From positions 56,363,079-56,427,078 of the forward strand of contig NC_057719.1 in assembly GCF_004010195.1 (NCBI RefSeq): a DNA stretch of 64,000 bases. Direction: 5' to 3'. Every line of letters starts with the position of its first letter. The stretch's first letter is position 1. The translations under genes were made by a program, and so were the position numbers. Positions 37,401-48,633 of this stretch are shown one piece after another. The notes beneath the pieces were generated by a model. It did no database searches, was not told where the DNA came from, and was given only the letters and a program-made list of their open reading frames with translations. The stretch comes from Chiloscyllium plagiosum (lineage: Eukaryota).

Positions 37401-40400
37401 TCCAAAATAATTACTCCACAATTCCTAACCAATTCTCTTGTACTTCGAAAAGTCTATAATTTAAAATGCTGTGAAATGAAACATCGCATGGTATCAAGCC
37501 CAAAACTAACATTTTAATTTGCAAACAATTTTCTGTACTTTCCAACCTGTGTCAATTTTTTTTTGAAACCAAGCCAAAGTAGTGATATTGCACTTGGGTA
37601 TTTGATTCTTTCAAAATGATGTTTTGCTTCAATAGCCACCTGAAAATACGCTAGCAAACTAATTTTCAAACCCACTTCTTTCCATGGGGGAGGGGGGGCT
37701 AACTTTTAATATGGTAATCAATTTGTTTCTGTATCAATAGCCCTTTAATACATTATATCCTAGCAAACCTTACCTTTAATAAAGGGACAAAAATTCCACT
37801 GGTATGAGAACTACATTTTTAATATAAACTGGACCAGCAGAATATATTCTTTAGCATACCGAAGAACCAATGGCTGCAGACTGGGGGGAGGGGAAAAAAT
37901 AATCTGCTCAGACTTTGAGTTAAGTATCGATCTAAAAAAATAGAAATGAGAAAAAGAAAATGAAATTCGAAGACAGAAAATGTTAAGAAAAAACATGTTA
38001 AACATTAAACAGTGAGAAAGTGTAGGGAAGGGAAAAATATAAAAAAAAAGGTTATCCAGAAAGTCAAGTTCTTTCCATTAATTTCTAAATTTAATCCAAT
38101 CATTTTATATAAAATGCAAGTGATTGTGTTAAGCATAGAATTAACATTCATTTTATTATTTAAAATATTGGTTAAGTGGTTCTACTTGTGGTAAGAGTAT
38201 AAATATTGTTAATACTTTTGGCATTTTTCATGAGAAATGTTTATTAGAAATAAAGCCCTTGATACATTCACAATTTGGCAAAGAGAATTTAATGGGAAGC
38301 AAGATTTGATTCTACAACATAGTCCAAGGTAATAAGAGGACCAGAGTAATTTCATTTTTAAACTTAGATCTTTTGATCCTCATGTCTATTTGAAATCGAT
38401 GAAGGAATTACTAAAGATGCAAGTGCAAAAGCAAACCATCTTCCTATTTAAACCAAAAAAATCAGAACATTTGGATGACTGATACCAATACCCACTATTT
38501 AATGTATTTAGTTTCCACTAACTTTCAAATTTAATTGGCTATTCCTGCAAAGAAAGGTTAATTTCATGGCACAATGTATAAATTCCTGGGCAATAAAAAT
38601 TGTTTAGTTCAGAACAGCTGGCTTTAGGGAACTTAAAGTTAGTCAACCCAGAGGTATAAAGAGAAGATGTCAATTCAAATTCTTGGCTCAATTGTAGTCA
38701 TTGACATATCCCATCTCATTCACAAAGGCTAGATAAACAAAAGTATACTTTCGTTTCATTGTCCACTAAGAATTCAACTTATACTAAAAGCAACCCTTCC
38801 TCAGATTAAATCCACCTCATATGATCCTGATCTGCCTTGTATTAATCGCATCTAATTCTAAAAGTGAACAAAATCTGTCATCCACATCTTTGGAAACAAA
38901 TAATGGCGCAATCTACTTTGATTGGCTTAAGTAGCCATTTGTCTGAGCTGAAAGGAGCACACACAACTGGAAGTCAATGCTAAATAACACTCTGCAAAAA
39001 GAAAAGTCTTTTAGTTTCAACCAAAGCTGTGACAAGTGACTAGCTACCAAATTGAGTATTGTAGCAGTCAACATTGCATGACATCACCATTAAAGTTTGA
39101 AAAAAGTAATCTCCTTCCATTATACTCTGATCTATAAAACTTGACCTTAACTAAGGTTTTCTAATCATCATATTCCCAGAATGTTTGATCTGTCTTGTCC
39201 ATTCTGTGTGCAAAAGAGTGTTCGGTTCAAGGAATATAGTTTAAGTTTGAATTAGTAATCAATAATCTATTTTTGGCCATATTACAGGACAAGTTGGTCA
39301 TTAAATATTTATTTAGCTTTCTGGTTAACTGATGAAACCGAGAGTTTTATTTTACCTTCAATGATAATCAGTCAAGCATGAACCATCTTTGATATTAAAA
39401 ATCGATCATAATCTAAATGAGATGACTTGTGGATTGTGGAGTTTCATTTCCAGCACACTATTTACAGCAGGGTAGTGATAAGCATTTGGACATGGGGGAT
39501 TATGGAATCACTGACTGCGTGCTTCTCAGAATTATGCACATGTGTAGCTTGTGAAAGTTCAAAGTTAAGTCGTACTCGAGGCCTTCTCTAATCAACGGAC
39601 AATATAAGGTATAACTACGTTGAAAAGGGGAAGATGATGGCCTGATAGTATTATTGCTGGACTGTTATTCCAGAGACCCAGAAAGTGATTGGGGATCAGA
39701 GTTCAAATCTTGTCACAGATGGTGAAATTTGAATTCGATTTTTTTTTAAATTCTGAAATTGGAGTCTAATGACCATGAATCCATTGTCAATCATTGGGAA
39801 AATCCATCTGATTCATAATGCCCTTTAAAAAAAACGGTCATCCTTATATGGCCAGGCCTACACGTGGCTCCATACCCACAGCTATAATGGTTAACTCAAC
39901 TGTCCAAGATAATTAGAGATGGGCAATAAATGCTGCCGAGTCAGTCAGCAACATCTTCAGCCCATGAAGAAAAAAAGACCAGCATGTATCTTTTAGTTTA
40001 CTTGTACATTTGCAGGAAGTCTACTCAAAACAAGATTACCAGCTTAAAACATTGACCATTTTTCTCTGCACAAATGCTACAAGATTTGCAGAGTATGTCC
40101 TTGCATTGCTTTACTCCAGACTTCCAGCAGGCACAGCATTTTGCTCATGACAATATTTATGTGGTATACTATCATTTGGGAGGATCCTTGTATTGATTTG
40201 AGTAGAGAAGACATTTGAAAACGAAATAGGCTGAAGCAAATCAATTCAATGGCTCTCAACATACAGTCCCAACCCTAAAAATGCATTAGCAGTAGGAGAT
40301 TCTTTTAAAAAGAAATTAGATAGTCTAAAGGTATAAGAATAGAAAGGGCAGTACAACTAGTCTAAATGACAATGGACAAAGTGTTAATATTTGAAAAAAG

Positions 40401-42484
40401 GACTTGACTCAATTACACCAGGAGAAAGTGAGGACAGCAGCTGCTGGAAATCAGAGTGGAGAGTGGGTCCTAGGAACGCACAGTAGGTCAAGGAATGAGC
40501 CCTATGAAAGGCTCTTACCCAAAACGTCAATTCTCCTGTTCCTTGGATGCTGCTTGACCTGCTGTGCTTTCCCAGACCCTACTCTCGGCTCAATTACTGA
40601 GAAAGCCTCATGGAAAGTGTCTGCGAGGGAATATTATTAAATCGGGTTTACACAAAGATTACAAAACCACGTTGGCTCAAACTGCAGTCCTGGAGCTTAG
40701 AACATTAAACTGGGTATGTGATAATGGGCACAAAGAGGAAAAAAAGTGTGGGGGTGGTGAGTATTAACTTCAAAAGCACTACACTATCACTGTACACACT
40801 CCATTCACATCTTCAGCCCGATCTGTCCTACTATAAGACATGAGTGGAAGTAAGGCCATCGAGTCCACTCCGCCATTTAATCATGGCTGATGGGCATTTC
40901 AACTCCACTTACCAGCATTCTCCCCGTAGCCCTTAATTCCTTGCGACCTCAAGAAGTTATCAATCTCAGCCTTGAAGCCATTTAGCGTCCCAGCCTCCAC
41001 TGCAATGAATTCCACTCTCTGGCTGAAGAAATGTCTCCGCATTTCTGTTCTGAATTTACCCCCTCTAATTCCAAGGCTGTGCCCACAGGTCCTAGTCTCT
41101 TCACTTAACGGAAACAATTTCTTAGCGTCCCTTTCCAAGCCATGTATTATCTTGTAAGTTTCTATTAGATCTCCCCTTAACCTTCTAAGCTCCAATGAAT
41201 ACAATCCCAGGATCCTCAGCCATTCCTCATATGTTAGACCTGCCATTCCAGGGATCATCCGTGTGAATCTTCACTGGACACGCTCCAGTGCCAGTATGTC
41301 CTTCCTGAGGTGAGGGGACCAAAACTGGACACAGTACTCCAAATGGGGCCTAACCAGAGCTTTATAAAGGCTCAGTAGCACATCACTGCTTTTATATTCC
41401 AACCCTCTTGAGATAAATGACAACTTTGCATTCACTTTCTCAATTCAACCTGCATGTTTACCTTTAGAGAATCCTCAACTATCACTCCCAGATCCCATTG
41501 TACTTTGACTATGAATTTTCTCACCGTTTAGAAAGTAGTCCATGCTTGTATTCTTTTTTTCCCCCAAAGTGCAAGACCTCGTATTTGCTCACGTTGAATT
41601 CCAGCCATTTACTGGACCACTCTTCCAAACTGTCTTGATCCTTCTGCAGCCTCCCCACTTCCTCAGTACTACCTGCCTGTCCACCTAACTTCGCATTATC
41701 GGCAAACTTCGCTAGAATGCCCCCAGTCCCTTCATTCAGATCATCCATCATGCTAAAGGTTACATGCAATGAATTGAACAACATCACTTCACAACAAATT
41801 CCTCTCTCTGGAATTATGCAAAGTAAAGATGACGGTGGAAAAGCGGAGGATCCACAAACTATCCCAGCGTTTGTTATAAATGGAGAAAAGCTTTTCCCAG
41901 GCGATGCCATTCCCCAGCCTCGAACTCTTTCCTAATTCCCCGACTACTCCCTTCCTAGTGTTTGTCGGTTCGCTGGAGTGACTGCGACCAACCCGACTCT
42001 GTTCCCTCACACATCCCCAAGCCCCAGAGTTTTGCCCGGACACCTACTCGTGCGGCTGCTTCTCCCCCTGCTCCTGCAGGTAGATGTCCCCGAAAACGCT
42101 CAGCTTTTGCAGGTTGCGATTACTCCGGATACTCCTCAAGACGCACACCATCTCGTCCACGTAGGCCTTGAGGGTGACCAGCTCCCCGGCACCCAGCTCC
42201 GCCGCACTCTCAGATCCGCTGCCCTCGAACTCCACCCGCAGCTCCCGCACGAACGAGCCGCACTTCTTCATGAGGAAGTCAAGGCGGCAGCGCTCGGCCT
42301 CGGAGCCGCGCAGGCGGAGCCGCAGCTCGGGCCACAGAGACGGGTAGAAGAGGCACTCTCGCCACCTGGAGCAGACAGACGAGGCCCGAAGCCGGTCCCA
42401 GGGGGGCAGGAAGGAGAAGATGTGAACGATGACTTCGCACGGCAGAATCTCGGCCACGGCCGCCGCCGCCCCGCACAGAGCCAT
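34192..42484 (-). CDS. FBXO33: F-box only protein 33, complete; 3 coding exons, 460 aa
   Basis: N-terminal F-box (LPCEVIVHIFSFL...CSRWRECLFYPSLW) and strong match to recalled human FBXO33 through ...HNLIAIARLRG...EMQRFSEGI*; 437+677+269=1383 nt. Confidence 0.96.
35170..35846 (-). CDS. FBXO33: FBXO33 exon 2
   Basis: ttattgcag acceptor, CATG|gtaagc donor, 677 nt; ORF 35153..35836. Confidence 0.95.
39625..39978 (+). mobile_element. Old tRNA-derived SINE with LINE-shared tail
   Basis: tggcctgatagt / gagttcaaatc boxes; 3' gggcaataaatgctg...cccatgaagaaaaaa. Confidence 0.65.
40417..40588. mobile_element. Penelope-like fragment with inverted 5' end and decayed hammerhead
   Basis: 9-bp direct repeat ctcaattac at 40408 and 40589; ggatgctgcttgacctgctgtgc motif. 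Confidence 0.72.
40835..41750 (-). mobile_element. CR1 LINE 3' part in FBXO33 intron 1
   Basis: KFADNAKLGG, FNVSK.EVLHFG, RRLRGDLIETYKI, RRHFFSQRV. Confidence 0.9.
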
Positions 42485-43300
42485 CGCCCGGGCTGGATGC
42501 TTGCTTTAGTGTTGCAGTGGCTGCTGCCTCCGGCTGTGTCTGTCCCTGCGCTCAGCAGCCCAGGCCACAGAGCCGCCTCCTCTCATCCCTCTCGCTGCCG
42601 CAGGCCTCCAGCGCCGCCGCCGATGTTTTATCTCCGCCCGCGGCTTTGGGCCTTCTACCGGAAGTGGGCCGGGAACTTCCACAGCGCTGGGAGGGCAGGG
42701 GTGTGTGTTGGCGTGGTGAAGCCGGCTCTTAACACTTTTATCGTCAAAATGTTGCGGAGACCTATCGCAAATGTAAACAATGTGTGTGTATTTGACAACT
42801 GCGTTCCCGGCTTCGATTCCAGGTTAAGGTGAAGCTGCAGTGAAGTCGACGATGGAGGTTCCATCCCCTCCCCCTCACAGAGTGATCCGGCCCGAACCTG
42901 TTTACAGCCTCCCGGCTGCGGCCCGGTGACGTCACCCCTCCTCCAGGGGCCTCTGTTGTTGACATTTTTTTTGAAAAAGTCCAGAAGTTTCTGTCTTTTG
43001 GGGGGGAGGGAGAGGAGAAGAAGACAACTCCCACCTTCATTCGAACTCAGGGCGCTGGAAAGGGGGACATTTTTTAAAAAATAAACCCGACAGGTCTGGA
43101 GTGGCGGAGAAGAGTCGATGTTTCGGTCCATGCCCTGAGACACCGAACGTTTCGAGCCCACGGACTGCAACTTCTAGCATTTTCTATTTTCATCTCAGGT
43201 TTCCAGCGGCCGCAGTATTTCATTCTCCGTGACGCCCCCCCCCGCCGCGCACAACGGGCAAATGTGTCCCCTTGGTTACCGAATGTGTAGATAACCCCCT
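42040..43300 (-). promoter_or_regulatory. FBXO33 CpG-island promoter with ETS and CRE motifs
   Basis: CpG-rich island in CpG-poor background; ACCGGAAGTG at 42657-42666; palindromic GGTGACGTCACC at 42925-42936. Confidence 0.8.
42048..42484 (-). CDS. FBXO33: FBXO33 exon 1 (F-box)
   Basis: ATG in strong Kozak context (GCGATGG), in-frame upstream TAA, donor GA|gtaggt, phase 2. Confidence 0.93.
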
Positions 43301-44293
43301 AATGTTTTCATCAGAATTATTTTTTAGATTTCGAAACACGTCAGCCGTAACAGTGTAGGGTTTTAGCAAGAGAGAGTTTCCATTTTCAACACTGGACGTA
43401 CCGCCTCGGTGGTAATGGACAATGGAAGATCTCCCACCTTCAACACGAGTCGGCTGTGATTAGGGCTAAAAGCCAAGGCGAACACGTTTTCGCTACTTGA
43501 CCGCTCGTCAGCAACCCATGGTGGACAGTCAGGATGGACTGACTGTAAAAGACCCCATTAATTAAACCGCTCTTTGTCTTTTACTGTCCAGGGTGCCACA
43601 TAATCACCTGGAAGGCTGTAATTATTGTCTTCAGAAATAGTAAGGAGAGGAGGAAGATGGAAAACTGGAGAAATAAACGTTTTGAAGAGTCAATTTTAAA
43701 AATTGATGAACAATTTAATTCATAAGTGGCCGATTGTCCCAAATTAATGGCCTGAGTAAAAAAGTTGTATTTGGCGTCTGTTATTTGAAGGACATATGTG
43801 TTTTCATTCTTGTTATTTTCCCCACTATTAATATCAGTAAATGTGAGAAATGAAAAAAGTGCTTCTTACAAGTAAGAATCTTAAATTACTTGCATCAAAC
43901 TGTCCTATCTTCAAATTATGATTTATTGAAGATAATTACTATCAGTGTAACAACATGCTATGCAGTTTGATGTTTAGACTTAACATGAAGCATACTTTAA
44001 CATGAAGCATACTTTTCCTATTCCATCATAGCAGTGTAGCATTTGTATGTCAGTGGATTTGCTATGGAATTTGTCCATCTACAGAAATTCAATGAAAGTA
44101 GTCTTTACAATGATAGTGCTAGTCTTCCATGCATTACTGCTTAAGTAACAAAAGCCACACAATGGCTAGCTGCCAATGTTTACATGTCACAGGTCGGTAC
44201 TTGTGCCATATTCATCAGAATAGTCTTAGCAGTCCTTTTTAAAAATAAATGTTGTTCAGAAACACTGTTGAAAAGCTGAGGAGGGTGGAGATT

Positions 44294-44407
44294 CTGAATG
44301 TAGGTTTGCTCGCTGAGCTGGCAGGTTTGTTTTCAGACGTTTCATCACCATACTAGGTAACATCATCAGTGAGCCTCCAGAAGAACCACTGGTGGCATGG
44401 CCCACTT
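44294..44407 (-). mobile_element. Short Penelope-like insertion carrying a hammerhead motif
   Basis: 9-bp direct repeat gtggagatt at 44285-44293 and 44408-44416. Confidence 0.72.
44333..44372 (-). ncRNA. Minimal type I hammerhead ribozyme
   Basis: UCA CUGAUGA U GUUACC UAGUAU GGUGAU GAAAC GUC UGA: core intact, stem I UCA/UGA, 6-bp stem II with two G-U pairs. Confidence 0.75.
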
Positions 44408-45905
44408 GTGGAGATTTTCAGCTAAATAATGCTAACAGATAATTTGCAGAACTGCATCATGCTGTGCCTCAGGAGATTAAATGATTGTTAAATTTGTCAA
44501 TTGATTATATTCAAGAAAAAAATTGAGGTGGCCAAAGGGACTGACAGAAGTGGATTTTGTGTGAGCTGAACTGAGAATAAGGAAAAATTTGAAAATCTTT
44601 CAGTCTATGTTTTTACTCTCTTTTATTGAATATATACTACACTTGCAATCAAGTGCTGAAGCTATATCTACCAGACGTATGAATATAACAAATAGGAGCA
44701 GGCCATACAACTATTTTGCAATCAATTAAGATTTTGCACTTCAAGAAAAAAAACGTATATAACTATAAAACTTTTGTACAATGGATTAGCTATCTCTGTC
44801 AAATTGTTAAGGATAGTTAATTAAAATGGTGTATGTAAATATGTAATGAAGATTTAAAAAAAAGATTATTATTTGGAAACTTGGAATCTAAAGTAGAAGT
44901 AAATTTTTTAGTTCTGTGGATATGGCTTTAAGGATCAGAAACCTTTTTTTTAGCAGAGTTCAAAACAGCATTTCCAAGAAATCATGTGACTTAAGGTAAA
45001 TGACTAAAACTACATGGTGAAAAAAATGCTGAAGTGTTCACTTAGTTGAACTTTTGTGGCCATAGAGAGCCTCGAGGTCAGGTTATAGTGTATCCGATGT
45101 TATGTGATTTTTGACCTAGCCTAAAGGCTAGAGGTGAGTGAAGTTCAGAAGAAAAGATCCATACAAACAAATGGCAGTTTAGTTCTGGCAGTCTTCAGGC
45201 TATCAGCACTGGAAAGAGGTCACAAGGTGTTTTAGTAGTCCAAGTAGATAGGGCTGGAGAAAAGCCCTTAGCTTTTCTTAGAGTTCAGTTTAAAAAAAAA
45301 TACTGACTTAGCCAGTACCTATGTGTTTCTCGGAGAGAGGAAGAGAATCACATCTGGTGAGTGTGCACATAGTCACCAAAATGAAAATGTTTGCAACCTC
45401 AACAATTGAGTTTAAAAAATTAAAGTGAAGTTAGGAGTGAAACTTCATTGGCATTGAGTTCTTGTAAAGGATATTGCTGGGAGAAAGGGCTAGTTTTTTT
45501 TTATGTTTATGGAAAGATCTTTCCAAACTATCATATAGAAATATAGCTTTTTTATATTTTGTGTAATAAATTTGCATTCTTACACTAAATGCATAGTAGC
45601 AGCTTCATAAGAATATGATCAGGAGTAAAAGGAGGCAAACTTGAAATTTATATCACTGCTAGAATTAACTAAGATTCAGTTAAAAACTTTTTTCAAACTT
45701 TCAATTAGAAGCAAAAAGAGATGAAAGAATAAACAGAAGAGAATGAAAGGAAAAGAGCAAAGGAAGGGAAAAAGAATTAAAGACAGGAAAGTTTGAATTG
45801 GAAATTGAGAAGAAAGAAATAAAAAGAGGAAATTAAATTTAAAAAAACTGGAATACCAAAAAGAGGAAATTAAGAGAACATGACTTGTCTCTCAAAAAAC
45901 TTGGA

Positions 45906-45989
45906 GTTCAGTGTGGTGCTGGAAAAGCACAGCAGGTAAGGCAGCATCTGAGGAACAGGAAAATTGATGTTTTGGGCAAAAGCCCTTCA
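45906..45989 (-). mobile_element. Short Penelope-like fragment with decayed hammerhead
   Basis: 13/14 direct repeat tcaaaaa(a/g)cttgga at 45892 and 45990. Confidence 0.72.
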
Positions 45990-47862
45990 TCAAAAAGCTT
46001 GGACTAGAGTAAATTATGCTGAATGGGAAAGGTACAAAGACCAGCAAAAGGACCACACAGCAGTTTCCATAGTAAAGATTTCACTCATGTTCTCAAATTC
46101 TTTTCTTGCCTTTAGTAATCAAAATCACTAATTCTACGGCATTTCACTTTTATCTTGCAAACTCTCTACATAATTGTAATAGTTCTAAACTTTAGTTGAT
46201 GAATTTAACCCTGAAATGCTAAGGAGAAAAATCCTGGATTTTCCTGATTCTGTTGTGACAGACCTCAGGCTCAAAGAATTTCACAGGAGGAAGTATCTGC
46301 AAAAAGGGGAGATGAGTTAGAAATTTATTATTTGATACTATCTTTGTATCAAATAATTAAGTAGAAAGGATAAAGGTAAAGAGAAGGCTCACTTCTTTAT
46401 TAGAAATGCAATAAACATCCTGAATTAAGAGAGCTGGACATACCAAACTGCCTGTTCAGAAATCAAAAGAGCACCAATATCTGAGCATTATTTTTAAAAG
46501 ACAAAATGTTAAGGATATAGACTTACATATAAAGTCTATAAATGCCTGCTGATGAGAAATGTTAGGTAGCCCATCAGAATGTAATTTCATGAGTATCGAA
46601 ATTCAGTTTTAGAGTGGCTCATCAAATTTCACGTCACTTAGTCATTAGGAAGATGCAGGCTAAAATACTAACAGTTTTATTGGTCAGGTTTACTTAAAAT
46701 TAAAGTTAACTTATGTCATACATATCACGCAGTCAGGAAACAACAATTAGTTAAATCTGCACCTTTAATTATCATACCAGCTTTCAAAGAACCATTTAGC
46801 AGAATCATAATAGATTGTGTAAAACGTCTATTTGTGGCCCCAATTAGGAGTCAATATCTTTTATTAATTATGGATGTTTCAACAGGATTTCTTGAAGCAG
46901 TGACTTTGAAAAAAATATTGCAAAAATGGCAGCAGAAAAGTTTGTCCAAATTTGTTTACAAAATGTGAATTACCTAATTAAATAAAATTTGAATACTGAA
47001 CTGATTGCATGTCATATATATTCAAAGAGATAATGATTTGAGAATAAAACAATTTATGTCTTCAGCTTATCAGTCACAATTTCAAGGAGCATTGGAAATG
47101 TAGCATAAAATATAAAAGACCACGATTAGAGCTTATTGAGAATGTTCTAGTAATTGGAATGAAGGAATTCCCCTGATAGAATTTACCATTAGGGATACCC
47201 CTAATGAGTCCACAAAGTTAAGTTCTTTTGAATTGATATACATGATTGGAGATAAGAAAAACTAATGAATAAGTTCAGAGACTACACTTCAGATCTATCC
47301 TTTTTCATTGGACCCAAAACGTTAACTTTGATTACTCTCCACAGATGCTGCCAGACCTGCAGAAATTTTCCCACAATTTCTGTTTTTGTGATATCCAGCA
47401 GCTGCAGTTCTTTAATTTTTTTTTGTCTCGGACCCAAAACTGTTTGATCAGTTTCAAAGAACCAAATTGATCTTAAAGAAAGCTAAAGGTGAAGTTGCCA
47501 CAGCATGTGAAACATTTGGACCACCCCGTAGGAAGACAGTCATATAGCACTTAGAGAATCAAAAATAAGGGATACCTTGACTTTTCCTGTACCAAAGACA
47601 AAATGCAAAATTTTACAATATATTACGAGTGGATTTTATCAGAAGTTTGTTACAAATTTTAGCACTGTAGTGGTTCTATTGACCCCACTGGTCCTCACCT
47701 ACCACCCCACCAATCTCCATGTACAGCGCATCATCCGCCGTCACTTCCGCCACCTCCAAACAGACCCCAGCACCAAGGATATATTTCCCTCCCCTCCCCT
47801 ATCAGCTTTTCGTAGAGACCACTCCCTCCGCGACTCCCTTGTCAGATCCACACCCCCCACCG

Positions 47863-48125
47863 CGGATAGTTAGGTCAGGATCACGGTGAAGCAGACTGGG
47901 ATCACATTTAATTAGGTCAGGATCACAGTGAACCAGACTGGGATCACGGATAGTTAGGTCAGGATCACGGTGAAGCAGACTGGGATCACATTTAATTAGG
48001 TCAGGATCACAGTGAACCAGACTGGGATCACGGATAGTTAGGTCAGGATCACGGTAAAGCAGACTGGGATCACATTTAATTAGGTCAGGATCACAGTGAA
48101 CCAGACTGGGATCACGGATAGTTAG
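47863..48125. repeat. Higher-order minisatellite, 84-nt unit x3.1 built from four 21-mers
   Basis: Unit starts at 47863, 47947, 48031, 48115; every 21-mer ends ggatca; one substitution seen (48056). Confidence 0.95.
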
Positions 48126-48242
48126 TCTCCTCCGACCTATCACCCTCACCTTGACCTCTTTCCACCTATCACATTTCCACCGCCCCTCCTCCAAGTCCCT
48201 CCTCCCTACCTTTTATCTTCTCCTGCTGAACACTCTCTGCTC

Positions 48243-48278
48243 ATTCCTGAAGAAGGGCCTGTGCCCGAAACGTCGAAT
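48243..48278 (+). ncRNA. Minimal type I hammerhead ribozyme
   Basis: AUUC CUGAAGA A GGGC CUGU GCCC GAAAC GUC GAAU: stem I AUUC/GAAU, stem II GGGC/GCCC, predicted cleavage after C48274. Confidence 0.78.
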
Positions 48279-48404
48279 CTCCTGTTCCCTGGATGCTGCC
48301 TGACCTGCTGCGCTGTTCCAGCAATAAAGTTTCAACTGGTTCTATTAACCCATTTGTTTTTAAAAAAAGACAGGAAATCTGAGAGTTCATGAGGAAATTT
48401 GAGG

Positions 48405-48633
48405 AATGTCAGAATGCTTATGACAGTTTGAAAGTGATACTGACTACTCCAATTTTACTGGCACCAAATTAAGATAAGCCATTCAAACTAGTTGTTGACA
48501 CCAGCAACATTGGTGTTGGTGCAGTCCTGTTATACAAGGACAACTAGTTTGAATGGCTTACCTTAATTTGGTGCCAGTAAAATTGATGGAGTAGTCAGTA
48601 TCACTTTCAAACTGTCATAAGCATTCTGACATT
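48405..48633. repeat. Inverted duplication, 91/94-nt arms, 44-nt spacer
   Basis: 48405-48495 versus 48540-48633: one substitution and one 3-nt indel. Confidence 0.92.

Larger units (their letters stand above)
47686..48336 (+). mobile_element. Penelope-like element 3' fragment nested in Gypsy pol
   Basis: PLVLTYHP...IFPSPPLSAFRRDHSLRDSLVRS (RT to GIY-YIG linker), terminal repeat with hammerhead and aataaa; 14/15 TSD tggttctatt(g/a)accc at 47671 and 48337. Confidence 0.88.

Noticed and set aside
37032..37517. 161-aa + strand ORF in FBXO33 intron 1
   Set aside because: No motif or splice support; compatible with chance
41978..42832. 284-aa + strand ORF
   Set aside because: Antisense shadow of GC-rich FBXO33 exon 1 and CpG island; no recognisable domain
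42655..43170. 171-aa minus ORF upstream of FBXO33 as an extra exon or gene
   Set aside because: Promoter sequence poor in stops; no recognisable similarity; in-frame stop precedes the FBXO33 ATG
47802..48194. Repeat protein gene or CRISPR-like array
   Set aside because: Tandem minisatellite without unique spacers, inside a Penelope insertion in eukaryotic DNA; no gene context
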